Of a DNA stretch of 64,000 nt, positions 17,137-26,606 are shown piece by piece. The first letter of the stretch is position 1. The number at the start of each line of letters is the position of its first letter. Below the pieces are notes generated by a model, which worked only from the letters and a program-made list of their open reading frames with translations, made no database searches and was not told the DNA's origin. The position numbers and the translations under genes were made by a program. Origin of the DNA: an uncultured virus (IMG/VR IMGVR_UViG_3300047548_000808) (taxonomy: Duplodnaviria; Heunggongvirae; Uroviricota; Caudoviricetes); the IMG/VR virus record IMGVR_UViG_3300047548_000808, one strand, 5' to 3'.

Positions 17137-17146
17137 GGAATACACC

Positions 17147-17680
17147 ATGACTAATAGAATAGTTGTAGGAGTTCTAAATTCAGAGCAGTCGGACCTCCTA
17201 CGTAGACTTACAGAAACTGCTCCAATTAGATTGATCACTTCGCCTATACTTATATTGTCATCACCTGATGACTACGTATCTGATGAGGCGCTGGAATTCC
17301 TGGATAAAAAATCTAACCAGATTAGCGTAAAACCCTACAATTATTCATATGTGTATAATCCAGCTACACACAAGACAGAGTGCTTGATAGCCTGCGCAGC
17401 TAGTGAAAATACACCAACGATTGCATCATTCAGAACGGAGTCCCTAGGAATATCCTCGGATACATATGAATTTGTTCCTTATTTTCTATTCGCGTATGAC
17501 CCAATGCAATCGAGAGCATCTAGGCACTTCTTCCCTGGTATTCTGCATGTTCTGAACAGAATGGATCTTAGGTTTGAACTCCTAACTGCGGAGGAAGACC
17601 ATTTCATATATCAAAACTACAATAGTGAGGCACAGGCTGCTCTTATTAAGAGTGCTTACCTTAGCAAGCAAGAACTGTAA
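17147..17680 (+). CDS. hypothetical protein
   Basis: 177-aa ORF with AAGGA RBS. Confidence 0.7.
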   Translation: MTNRIVVGVLNSEQSDLLRRLTETAPIRLITSPILILSSPDDYVSDEALEFLDKKSNQISVKPYNYSYVYNPATHKTECLIACAASENTPTIASFRTESLGISSDTYEFVPYFLFAYDPMQSRASRHFFPGILHVLNRMDLRFELLTAEEDHFIYQNYNSEAQAALIKSAYLSKQEL

Positions 17681-17727
17681 ACGAAGGCTGGTTAATTATA
17701 ACCAGCCTTCTTCTACATGGAAAAATC

Positions 17728-18234
17728 ATGTTTTTTGAATTGACAGGTGAAGTAAATCAAGTAGTAAGTAGCCACCATTACTGCTTTATTTGTGATGGCA
17801 GATTCGGTCACAATGGAACTGGACTTAGAGAATATCACCACATAGTTCCAACATATCTAGGTGGAGCAGACGGACCCTTGGTTGTTCTATGCGAACGAGA
17901 TCACGGCGCTGTTCATTTAGCTGCTACAGCTATGATAAAAGCTGCAGACAAATGGCTAACTGTGCTGCATGAAGACGCTACGCGAGTCCTTGGAATTCTG
18001 GACAATACAGCAAAAGCTAAACTGCAGTATCTTGCTGATGTTATCTATAAGGCACATATAAAGTTTGCAGATGATCCTAATAAACGGTTAAAGATGAACG
18101 TTAAACTAAACGCAGCACAAAATGAAAAAGCCAACAGACTAAAACTAGTATACAGATTGAAATCAAAAGAGGAGCTTTTTGTCAAGCTGCTTGAGGAGCG
18201 GTATGAGGCCGTCCTAGGTAGGCAGGGCACTTGA
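17728..18234 (+). CDS. HNH endonuclease
   Basis: CFIC...EYHHIVP..LGG.D...LVVLCERDHGAVH. Confidence 0.75.
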   Translation: MFFELTGEVNQVVSSHHYCFICDGRFGHNGTGLREYHHIVPTYLGGADGPLVVLCERDHGAVHLAATAMIKAADKWLTVLHEDATRVLGILDNTAKAKLQYLADVIYKAHIKFADDPNKRLKMNVKLNAAQNEKANRLKLVYRLKSKEELFVKLLEERYEAVLGRQGT

Positions 18235-18320
18235 CAGTCGATTCGATCTGTGGTACAATGAGGTGTGGATGAAACCACGCCCTTGTTACAACCTATTACA
18301 CTCTCACTGAAGGAAATAAA
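18231..18320 (+). promoter_or_regulatory. sigma70-type promoter with leader and RBS, repeat copy 3
   Basis: TTGACA(18231)-17-TACAAT(18254), then GTGG.TGAAACCAC hairpin and AAGGAAATAAA. Confidence 0.85.
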
Positions 18321-18553
18321 ATGATGCAGCGCTATAAAGTTGGTGACAAGACAAAGGCAATTTGTCCTGTGTGTAAAAGTATAGTTTCCACTACTTTTAA
18401 AGAAAAGGACACTCCGCTAAGCGATGGTAACGGAATCGTATACCACTCCTACTTGTAGGAGAGTGTGATAACTGTAGTATGACAGTTGCTATCCCCTCCC
18501 AATCAATCCAGCAAATAAAGTTGTTTATTCAATCACAACGTAGCTCGTGCTAA
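18321..18553 (+). pseudogene. frameshifted Zn-ribbon protein gene
   Basis: Frame 0 MMQRYKVGDKTKAICPVCKSIVSTTFKEKDTPLSDGNGIV stops at TAG 18456; the -1 frame continues LLVGECDNCSMTVAIPSQS and supplies the second CxxC. Confidence 0.7.
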
Positions 18554-18599
18554 TAGGCACAGCTCTTACTATACTTAATTACCTCCTGGAAATAAACTC

Positions 18600-19487
18600 A
18601 TGTCTGCGAACAAAGTCCAAATGATCCAAGTAGCTAACCAAGAACTCTACGTGTTTGGTAAGTTGATTTCACGTCATCCAGAAATGCCTTGGCTTTTCTC
18701 GATTACGGATGTGTATAAGGCTTGTGAAAAGCCTATCAAGGGTGAAGCAGTTAAATACGGGAAAGATCCTGAGGTAACATTCACCAGTAAGCGTCCGGCT
18801 AACTGGTTAGCTAAAAATTCTAAAGCTGAAACCATTGATGCAGTAGCTAGTAAACTACGTAAGCGTCTAAAGAAGTACGGAGTTGACTGTGGACTCCGAA
18901 AGTCCAATGCTGCCAAAATAGCATTGGAAACTCTCACCAATAAACAGCTATGCGTATTCTCCACCAAAGGTGGTAGTGCAAAAGCCAAAGTCCATGGAAC
19001 TTATGTAGCTCAGGATTTCATTGTAGACTACGCTGGGTTCTTGAATGCAAAGCTAAAAGCTAGTATCAATGACGTATTTATCTCTGTACTGAACGGACAC
19101 AAGGAAGAGATAATTAAGAAGGTAGAGAAGAACGAGCGTATTGCTAAGGGTACACAAACCCGTCGAGAAAACAAACAGTTGAACGACGAACTAGTAGAAG
19201 CTTGTGGTTTCAAGAAGCTACTTCCAATGAAGGTACAAGAAGGAATCAACGAGGGTGTTCTAGGGCTACCGGCTATGAAGTATAAAAAGTTGCATGGAAT
19301 TAAAGAGCCCTTCAACGATAACTTGACTGAAGAACAAGTATGTATGAAGAACATTGGAATTGCCCTTTCTACACTACGTATTCGTAAACACGAAAAGGCA
19401 GAGCTAACTCACAAAGAGGGCAAGCACATTGGACTTACCTCTGGACAGTATGCTCGGCGTATAACACTAGAAGCGGTTCAGGCTTAA
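18600..19487 (+). CDS. KilA-N domain protein with helical C-terminal domain
   Basis: N-terminus nearly identical to 14842 (FGKLISRHP..PWLFSITDVYKACEKPIK); HGTYVAQDF. Confidence 0.75.
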   Translation: MSANKVQMIQVANQELYVFGKLISRHPEMPWLFSITDVYKACEKPIKGEAVKYGKDPEVTFTSKRPANWLAKNSKAETIDAVASKLRKRLKKYGVDCGLRKSNAAKIALETLTNKQLCVFSTKGGSAKAKVHGTYVAQDFIVDYAGFLNAKLKASINDVFISVLNGHKEEIIKKVEKNERIAKGTQTRRENKQLNDELVEACGFKKLLPMKVQEGINEGVLGLPAMKYKKLHGIKEPFNDNLTEEQVCMKNIGIALSTLRIRKHEKAELTHKEGKHIGLTSGQYARRITLEAVQA

Positions 19488-19542
19488 TATAGTAAGAGGC
19501 TGGATAGTTCTCCAGCCTGCGTTTTACAAACGGAGAGTTTAA

Positions 19543-20307
19543 ATGCAAGAAAAGAAAGTCATCCACATCAAGCAAGATACCAGCAACGGTGCTCGTGAAT
19601 CAACAGCTTCTAACGTGAAGCTTAAATGTGGAGACTGCATGTTCTTGGAGAAGGAAGCACATCCTTCTTATGGTATGCCCTGTGAAGAACGAGGAATTAA
19701 AAGTTTCGCAACCGCACCCGGATGCTACACCCCTAACGTAAAATCCTTAGCCTCTATTTCTGTAGAGACTTTCGATGTTATTGGACAGATTGTTTCTGCA
19801 TGTACGCCTAGTCAATCTCGCATTATTATGGGTCTTTTTAAGACTCAGGCTCAACTGGCTAAACTGGGTTTCTACCTGATGCAACCAGTGTTCTTCAAAC
19901 TAGGATCTGAAGACTACCTAGACAACTACCTAAAGGGCTATGCTATGGGGGTTGGTCCTAATAAGGAGATTCTTCTCTTGTCAACTCCTGTACAGAAAAA
20001 GAATACTGTATATGCTGCAGTGTGTGCAGAGTCCCTACTGGATGAATTTACGTTTGCAGAGCACAAAGCACATTTGCTAGAAGCTGGACGAATCTATCAG
20101 CCAAAGGTTCCACACAAGAATCTGAACGTTGCCGACGAATCTTATCAAGTTCCAACAATTGAAACCTCAGAGGATCTGCTTAATAGCTTGGCTGCAACTT
20201 CTACAAAGAAGAAACCAAAAGCAGGCTCTAAGCAGGCTCCCACACGAGAGCGCGGTTCTAAATCTCATAGCACTATTGATGTCTCTGGCATACTGATTGC
20301 AGACTAA
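19543..20307 (+). CDS. hypothetical protein with N-terminal Cys cluster
   Basis: CGDC...C...C pattern; GGAG RBS. Confidence 0.7.
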   Translation: MQEKKVIHIKQDTSNGARESTASNVKLKCGDCMFLEKEAHPSYGMPCEERGIKSFATAPGCYTPNVKSLASISVETFDVIGQIVSACTPSQSRIIMGLFKTQAQLAKLGFYLMQPVFFKLGSEDYLDNYLKGYAMGVGPNKEILLLSTPVQKKNTVYAAVCAESLLDEFTFAEHKAHLLEAGRIYQPKVPHKNLNVADESYQVPTIETSEDLLNSLAATSTKKKPKAGSKQAPTRERGSKSHSTIDVSGILIAD

Positions 20308-20323
20308 CTGGAAATACACAACC

Positions 20324-21358
20324 ATGAATCCTACTGGACTGTTCGCATCTGTAGAATGCTTTGGAACTAATCTCTCTAACAAAGAGAAAAGTATGGTGTA
20401 TCAGCAAATTATGCTGTATCTGTTTCGTGGAACAAATCAGACTAAAATCCGGAAGTTTCTAGCTGAGCACCAAATCAACTTTGATTTCCCTGGATGGAAA
20501 GCTACCCTATCCAGGAATGGAACTCTTCTAGTTAACTGTAAGCTATTTGTATACGCTCACTTGAACGGGCGTAAGGATAAGATCCAATCACTAAGTATTT
20601 CTGACGATGATAAGCGTGCCTGTAGGCTAGCCTGTGCCAACAATGATTTACAGTCGATTAGCATGTCCTTGTACCAGAAGGACAAATACGCAGCGCTATC
20701 TAACGAAGAATTTGATCGTGTTATCAGTAGCTTGTTTCTATGTGCTGATTTGAAATCTTACATGAGGAGCTTCATTTATACAAAGCTTAGGTTCTTGTGT
20801 AACTCGTATGGCTTCTCATCCTCAGATTTAGAATCTGATCTTACTAGTTACGCACTAATCGCTCTTTATAAAGCCTATCCTAGGTATGGTACACTAGGTC
20901 AGATGTTGGCTATTGCAAAGTCTGCGATGCATAACCGCGGTATGAACATCATTGCAGAGAATACAGCACAGCGAAATAACAGAATGACTGGTGGACCAGG
21001 ATCCGCTGAACTGAATACCTTCTCCCTAGACTTTGATGAAAATGCTCACGACACTCTACTAGCTAGTGATTCATCTGGTTCTCTGGTGGTAGGTGAACTA
21101 GCTTCTGCAGAATGGCAAGACTCCTCGGCGATAAAGATCATCTCAGAGTCTAAGGTATTTGATGCCTCTGAAAAAGAGTTCATCTGTGTAATGATGGGCA
21201 AGCCATCAAAAACATTCTCTAATTTCTTGGGGGTAGATAACTCCAAAATTATTGAAACTATGTCTCCAGACAAGTATCGACGCAGGGCAGAAAGTTTCTT
21301 CTGTGTAGAAAATAGCAAGGCTCTTTTGGATACTGCTTACAAAGTGGTGTACGCATGA
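20324..21358 (+). CDS. putative divergent RNA polymerase sigma factor
   Basis: SSDLESDLTSYALIALYKAYPRY...AMHNRGMNII resembles sigma70 region 2; alternative TTG start at 20297. Confidence 0.45.
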   Translation: MNPTGLFASVECFGTNLSNKEKSMVYQQIMLYLFRGTNQTKIRKFLAEHQINFDFPGWKATLSRNGTLLVNCKLFVYAHLNGRKDKIQSLSISDDDKRACRLACANNDLQSISMSLYQKDKYAALSNEEFDRVISSLFLCADLKSYMRSFIYTKLRFLCNSYGFSSSDLESDLTSYALIALYKAYPRYGTLGQMLAIAKSAMHNRGMNIIAENTAQRNNRMTGGPGSAELNTFSLDFDENAHDTLLASDSSGSLVVGELASAEWQDSSAIKIISESKVFDASEKEFICVMMGKPSKTFSNFLGVDNSKIIETMSPDKYRRRAESFFCVENSKALLDTAYKVVYA

Positions 21359-21546
21359 GTGGTTTCTTCGTAGTTTTATACGCGCTGTCTACAGCCATAC
21401 TAGGAACACTACTTATAGTTCTTGTAGCTAATAAATATGTTCTAGGATTGTCATTAATACTGCTGCCAGTAGGATCATTCATATTCTCGATTTTAGTAGA
21501 GATATTAGTAAAGTACTTAGAAATCTTAAAACGTAAGATCAAGTAA
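21355..21546 (+). CDS. small membrane protein
   Basis: Two hydrophobic helices; ATGA overlap with the upstream gene. Confidence 0.6.
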   Translation: MSGFFVVLYALSTAILGTLLIVLVANKYVLGLSLILLPVGSFIFSILVEILVKYLEILKRKIK

Positions 21547-21589
21547 AAAGGCCCGGTTGAACTTAGTGTTCAACCGGGCCTTTTCTTTT
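21545..21589. terminator. bidirectional intrinsic terminator
   Basis: AAAAGGCCCGGTTGAAC/GTTCAACCGGGCCTTTT between convergent genes. Confidence 0.85.
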
Positions 21590-21596
21590 CTACGAA

Positions 21597-21818
21597 TTAT
21601 CCACCAGCACCAGCTTCTCCCAAAGCATCATACTTTATAGACTGGTATAGAGCACGTAGTACCTTTGGTGGTAGAACAATTGTTCCAGAGTTCTTACCAA
21701 AATCTCCTGGAGATCTAACAGTAAGAGTTACTGAGCCATCATCGAGTATGTTAAGAGAAACGTAACCTGGATAACTGGCTCCAGTATTTTCAGTAAAAGC
21801 ATATAGATTAGTCTGCAT
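21597..21818 (-). CDS. small hypothetical phage protein
   Basis: 73-aa ORF, last gene of the minus-strand operon. Confidence 0.65.
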   Translation of the reverse strand: MQTNLYAFTENTGASYPGYVSLNILDDGSVTLTVRSPGDFGKNSGTIVLPPKVLRALYQSIKYDALGEAGAGG

Positions 21819-21821
21819 GAT

Positions 21822-22505
21822 TTACTTCTTTGCTGATGCTATCTTCTGACGTAGCTTACTTGCAATAGCTCCATGCGTAATGTTATCAGCTAGATACTGT
21901 GCTTCCTCTGTTGTAATTTGTGAGCGACGACGAATTTCTACCATAGCAGCATCACTGTTTTCTGCAGCATTCAGTCGTTGAACCCAAGCTTTGAAACTAG
22001 CACTAACATCGTCTAGACTAATAGACTCTTCCTGTTTACCATCAACTCTACCAATCTTAGCCTTGAAAGATTTCTTTACAGGTTGTTCGTCTTCCTCTAG
22101 TTCATCGCTGCTGCCCGAAATAGTAACGTTCTTGCCATACCCCTTAGTTTGAATAGCTTGACGAATAATAGACTCTGCATCCGATAGGCGAGTTAGTTCG
22201 TCTTCCGATCCTTCCTGATCAAGAATGCTTTGAGCATCCTCAGCAGAAATAGCTGTGATTAGTCCCTTGGATAGAGCTTCTAGGAAGAACGCTGATTCTA
22301 GAATTTGCTTACGTGGAATTGCCTTGGTGGCTTCGATTGGTAGCCAAGTTCTAGGTACACGTAGAATACGTGGTTGACCATGTACCACTACAGTGATTTG
22401 AACATCACCACCACCTTCGACAACTTGATCACAAGTATTAATAACCCAAATCGCACCCTTTTCTTGGTCGATTAGTTCTTGAGCTGATAGACTGTTTAGA
22501 TTCAT
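21822..22505 (-). CDS. hypothetical protein
   Basis: Likely start MNLNSLS at 22505 with AAGGA RBS (ORF track extends to 22634). Confidence 0.7.
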   Translation of the reverse strand: MNLNSLSAQELIDQEKGAIWVINTCDQVVEGGGDVQITVVVHGQPRILRVPRTWLPIEATKAIPRKQILESAFFLEALSKGLITAISAEDAQSILDQEGSEDELTRLSDAESIIRQAIQTKGYGKNVTISGSSDELEEDEQPVKKSFKAKIGRVDGKQEESISLDDVSASFKAWVQRLNAAENSDAAMVEIRRRSQITTEEAQYLADNITHGAIASKLRQKIASAKK

Positions 22506-22518
22506 GATTTTCCTTAAA

Positions 22519-22920
22519 TTAAATTTGAGTTGCAACAAAGTCAAGCCAGTAGCACATGCGACCAAAGGTTGGCTTTTTACCCTTGAATCCTGTCCAAGAA
22601 TTATAGGTTTCTTTGGAACCCTTGACACGCTCAATATCTTTCGCTGTCATTTCTTCAATATTTTTGTTGGTTAGATATTTGAAATATCGTCTAAGGTTTT
22701 CGCATTCAGCTATACGTTGAATACCGTCTTGTACATCGCTTAGGTCTACAGCATAAACAGACTTAATAACATCAAATCTATCTTGCCTATTTTCTGGTAG
22801 AGATCTCATCTTTGGTTCTATGCATGTATTATCCGCTGTATTAAAATACATGCAAGTTTTAATACCGCAGTTTTTTATCAAGTGCTTGTCTATTATTGGA
22901 CAGTAATGGTCCTCGTTCAT
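22519..22920 (-). CDS. hypothetical Cys-rich protein
   Basis: 133-aa ORF coupled to the RuvC-like gene. Confidence 0.65.
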   Translation of the reverse strand: MNEDHYCPIIDKHLIKNCGIKTCMYFNTADNTCIEPKMRSLPENRQDRFDVIKSVYAVDLSDVQDGIQRIAECENLRRYFKYLTNKNIEEMTAKDIERVKGSKETYNSWTGFKGKKPTFGRMCYWLDFVATQI

Positions 22921-23525
22921 TTACGCTTGCCCTTACGATTTTGGGTATCTCCAATAAGAACCCTAGCGTCTAACTTTAACAGATTATTTAACAGTTTTCT
23001 GGAAAATGTAACATCATAAGGCTTATGTCTAGCAAATAAATGCATACCATATAAGCCTATCATTACTGCGTCTACCTCGTGTGGAGTAGCTTTAACTGCA
23101 TCTTTGTACTTTACATACATATCGTCTAGAACTATACTAGACCTACTACACGACTGCTTCCACTGGCTAGCTATTATAGCCTTTACCGGCAAGCTTTTTT
23201 CATAGAAAAACGTTGATATTATTCCAATCATTAAACTAACCAATTCAATAGTGGGTCCACCGATTCCTCTGGTCTGAAATCTTTCTAGTATAGCACCATT
23301 TAATTCTGGATACTTATCCATTATAAACTTGATCGTAGCTACGTACATTCCTATATTATCAGACATACTGCCAGTAAGCTGCCTTACAGTACAGTTTAAC
23401 TTTCCATACTGAAGAACTTTAAACTGAGACGGACACTTTCCATCTTCTATAACGGCTTCTACTATTGCATATCCAAAGTTTGCTGTGCCTGGATCACATG
23501 CCAATAACTGCACTTTTCTCTTCAT
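22917..23525 (-). CDS. RuvC-like Holliday junction resolvase
   Basis: LLACDPGTANFGYA, AILERF, HEVDAV catalytic acidic residues; GGAG RBS before ATG 23525. Confidence 0.8.
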   Translation of the reverse strand: MKRKVQLLACDPGTANFGYAIVEAVIEDGKCPSQFKVLQYGKLNCTVRQLTGSMSDNIGMYVATIKFIMDKYPELNGAILERFQTRGIGGPTIELVSLMIGIISTFFYEKSLPVKAIIASQWKQSCSRSSIVLDDMYVKYKDAVKATPHEVDAVMIGLYGMHLFARHKPYDVTFSRKLLNNLLKLDARVLIGDTQNRKGKRK

Positions 23526-23580
23526 TATACTTCTCCGACTCAATTTTAATTCACTATTTTCTCAATGGAGAACACTATTT

Positions 23581-24960
23581 ATGCCTATAAACCTCGGCAA
23601 TAATAACAGAGTCTTACCTGCTAATGCTAGAGCTGTTGACGTAGCTAAACGCGCTGTAGCTAAAATAACGGATACACAGAATCGTAGATACGATGCTGCA
23701 TTCCAAGTTCAAGGCTACTCCGGAATTCTATACACCAAATTAAAAAATGGCCTTGCCTGCATGTGTAGAGGCAAGGCCAAACTGTTTTCTAGGTTGTCAG
23801 AAGATGGTAAAATGGATGTTGGTACTATGAATGAACTCCTGAGTGGAGGCCAAAACTTTGGTATTCTCCCCTACGGAACTAAACAAGCTGACACACAAGC
23901 ATACAAAGAAGAAACAGTTAGATGGAATCCCAGTATGCCTGCTTTTGGTATAGTAGGAAGTTCTAATTCTTTAACACCGTCTAATACTTTACCTTCAATA
24001 TTTTCTACCGATTCTGATACCCCTACAACTATAGTCGGATCTCACTTTGATAGGTATGGAACAGATAATTCCTTGGATCCTTCAGTATCAACAGTATTGC
24101 CACAAGAGCTTAAAGGCAACATAGTTAGTTCATCCATTAAAGGGTACGTTGATGTATCTGGTGATATGGAAAGCATACGAGAAGAGATGGATGTAATAAA
24201 CATCACTGAGCACTCTGACTATGCTTGTCCTGTATGTTTTGGTTCTGGTTTTGTTGGTGGATGGTCAATACTTAATGGTTGGAGAAAAGTTCTAGTCCCA
24301 TTCGATGAATCAACTGCAGTATTAGATCCAGATACCACTATAGAAGTAAGAGACTATTTCCCATCGGCTTCTATACCGTCAGGCAGAATCTCGTGGAAGT
24401 TATCAATACCAAAGGGCGGTGTATCCGTTGATGCTTTCAAGGTATGGAATGGCGAGACTATTATTAGACCGTTGTCTATTCTTATAGACGGATCTATAAT
24501 AAACTCAGAGCATGGAGTTCTTCGCTACTGCGATGGTGCAGTCCATACTATAACTGTACTATTAGACTCCACTCCAGAATTTCCTATTAGCATCTCTCAC
24601 GTAGAACTTCAAATAAATCAGAGCCTGCAGTCTGCTAACTTTGAACTACCTAAGAATACAAGAGATGGTCAGGTAGATAAACTAGATAGCCTACTGCCTT
24701 TCCAAATTGTGCTTTCTCCACTAATTCCATTAATATCTTCTTCGGATTTAATAGCTGAATCCACTATGGGTAAGCATCTTCTAGTCACAGAAGTAACCGA
24801 CTGGAAAACAAATAGAAGAGTTGGCCTTGGATGGGAAGCCCAAGTTAGAGTGGCACAGCCACAGGAAATATTGACTAGGCTACCTTTACGTAAGCCAATA
24901 CAGGTTCCTAAACGGCAGCCACTAGTTATAGATAACGCATTTGGTAATCGGAGAACATAA
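23581..24960 (+). CDS. hypothetical protein, probably virion structural
   Basis: GGAG RBS before ATG 23581; CxC...CPVCFGSGFVGG; follows an AATTTTA motif. Confidence 0.6.
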   Translation: MPINLGNNNRVLPANARAVDVAKRAVAKITDTQNRRYDAAFQVQGYSGILYTKLKNGLACMCRGKAKLFSRLSEDGKMDVGTMNELLSGGQNFGILPYGTKQADTQAYKEETVRWNPSMPAFGIVGSSNSLTPSNTLPSIFSTDSDTPTTIVGSHFDRYGTDNSLDPSVSTVLPQELKGNIVSSSIKGYVDVSGDMESIREEMDVINITEHSDYACPVCFGSGFVGGWSILNGWRKVLVPFDESTAVLDPDTTIEVRDYFPSASIPSGRISWKLSIPKGGVSVDAFKVWNGETIIRPLSILIDGSIINSEHGVLRYCDGAVHTITVLLDSTPEFPISISHVELQINQSLQSANFELPKNTRDGQVDKLDSLLPFQIVLSPLIPLISSSDLIAESTMGKHLLVTEVTDWKTNRRVGLGWEAQVRVAQPQEILTRLPLRKPIQVPKRQPLVIDNAFGNRRT

Positions 24961-24961
24961 T

Positions 24962-25312
24962 ATGAGTAGTATAGAAGAAGGAATGCGTATACTAGCTGCT
25001 AGCATTCGTAGACCTGTAATAGCTAGAAGTGCTTCCAAAATAGACCGACTGATATCCTTATCAGAAGAAAAATTAGGCTTAACTCTGATACCTGTTGTAC
25101 TAGATGAATCAGGTTCGTCCCTATTGTCATGGGGCCGTAATGACGATCCTACTCCTGGTACAGTTGAACAGTTAGTTTCTCAAGTATATAGGTTGTCTAA
25201 TGATTTTAAGCATAAGACTCTGGCTGTAGGAATAATGAACGAGTTAAAGACTAATAGACTATACGTATCAATAAACTACGTGCAGAGAACTCTGTTTATT
25301 TCGAGGATATAA
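24962..25312 (+). CDS. hypothetical protein
   Basis: GGAG RBS before ATG 24962. Confidence 0.65.
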   Translation: MSSIEEGMRILAASIRRPVIARSASKIDRLISLSEEKLGLTLIPVVLDESGSSLLSWGRNDDPTPGTVEQLVSQVYRLSNDFKHKTLAVGIMNELKTNRLYVSINYVQRTLFISRI

Positions 25313-25313
25313 A

Positions 25314-26192
25314 ATGCCAGTACCGCAACAACCGTTAAAACCGAAACTAGTAAAAGAACCAGCTAGGCATGTTCCAAGACCAGTAAAACCTAGTGCTGAT
25401 GTAAAACCTGCTAGTACCAAGCCTCTAACTATATCTTTAAACACGGCCAAAATTTCAGCTCAAAACATAATGAACGAGTTCACTATGGTAGTAGCGGAAG
25501 AGACTCCGGCTCAGGTAAAACTCCTGTTTACTCCTAAACATGGCAAGGTCAAACTTAGTTCTATTCTTAGGTATGCTGAGCGTATCAAATCTAACATTGG
25601 GCCTAACGTAACTTTTGCAGGACCATTTAGCGAAGGAGATGCTGGAGGCTTGCAAGTAAACATATCAAGAGTTATAAACATTGCAGCTAGATTAACGTCT
25701 TCAGTTCATGTATCCACTCCTATGTTATTTGATACACTATATAGTGGAATTTATCATACTTTAGTAGAAGCTGCTTTTAAATCCAATAGTGACTTAGAAA
25801 AGTCAGTATACGAATGTATGTCTGTTAATTCTATAGACTGTTCTATTGCAGAACACTCAGTTCTTAGAGCTAGTGGAAACCCTAACATGATTGAACATCT
25901 GGTTGCATTAGTTCAGGACTGGAAGAATCCAAAAACTATACACTATGCTCATTCAAGTATACCTATAACTCTTACTACTAAAGCTGCAAAAGTGCAAGTA
26001 GCTAAGGGAGATCCATTTAGCTATAGGTATGATAGCTCCAAAAATGCGCTATACATTGCTCTGCCTGCGCATGGAATAACTAAAGAATCAGAAATTATTG
26101 TTACTCCAATGCTTCAGGATTGGATTATAAAATCTGATCCAAAATCGAAGCAGATGTTTGAGCTTGTAGTATCAAAAGAAAAAGCTGTCTAA
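25314..26192 (+). CDS. hypothetical protein
   Basis: 292-aa ORF with GAGG RBS. Confidence 0.7.
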   Translation: MPVPQQPLKPKLVKEPARHVPRPVKPSADVKPASTKPLTISLNTAKISAQNIMNEFTMVVAEETPAQVKLLFTPKHGKVKLSSILRYAERIKSNIGPNVTFAGPFSEGDAGGLQVNISRVINIAARLTSSVHVSTPMLFDTLYSGIYHTLVEAAFKSNSDLEKSVYECMSVNSIDCSIAEHSVLRASGNPNMIEHLVALVQDWKNPKTIHYAHSSIPITLTTKAAKVQVAKGDPFSYRYDSSKNALYIALPAHGITKESEIIVTPMLQDWIIKSDPKSKQMFELVVSKEKAV

Positions 26193-26254
26193 TTGTTGAT
26201 ACTATGCTTATTGTTTATGCAATTTTATACATGATATAGAGTACTGGAAACACT

Positions 26255-26605
26255 ATGACAAAAACACCTTTATCCAGGCTTTTAGCCTGTGCTGGAACTA
26301 TAGTATCCGCGATATTTGGGCATACAGCAGGTTCAGAAGGACACGCTAGACTTTTAGCTTTTGTTGAGGTAAATAAGCCTTATAAAAAGAGAAAGTTGAA
26401 AACTGACATGTTCCATAGACTAATGCGATCTGCACGAAAGTATAAGCGTCCTACTGTACAACAACTTTATAAATCCAGACTCGCTAGAAAAAAGTGGATT
26501 ACCCGTAATAAGACGGCGCTAGCTAAACGCCGTATGTTTGTAGACAAAATAAAACATCGACTACACATTAAGTCAGCTTTATCTATAATTGCAAATAGGA
26601 AATAA
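26255..26605 (+). CDS. small highly basic protein
   Basis: Arg/Lys-rich C-terminal half. Confidence 0.65.
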   Translation: MTKTPLSRLLACAGTIVSAIFGHTAGSEGHARLLAFVEVNKPYKKRKLKTDMFHRLMRSARKYKRPTVQQLYKSRLARKKWITRNKTALAKRRMFVDKIKHRLHIKSALSIIANRK

Positions 26606-26606
26606 A

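Noticed and set aside
1817..18260. The 29-nt repeats as a CRISPR array or att sites
   Set aside because: Three dispersed copies with no spacers, no cas or integrase gene, and an exact promoter consensus
23485..23580. Overlap between the RuvC-like gene and the divergent + strand ORF
   Set aside because: RBS-supported starts at 23525 (-) and 23581 (+) remove the overlap
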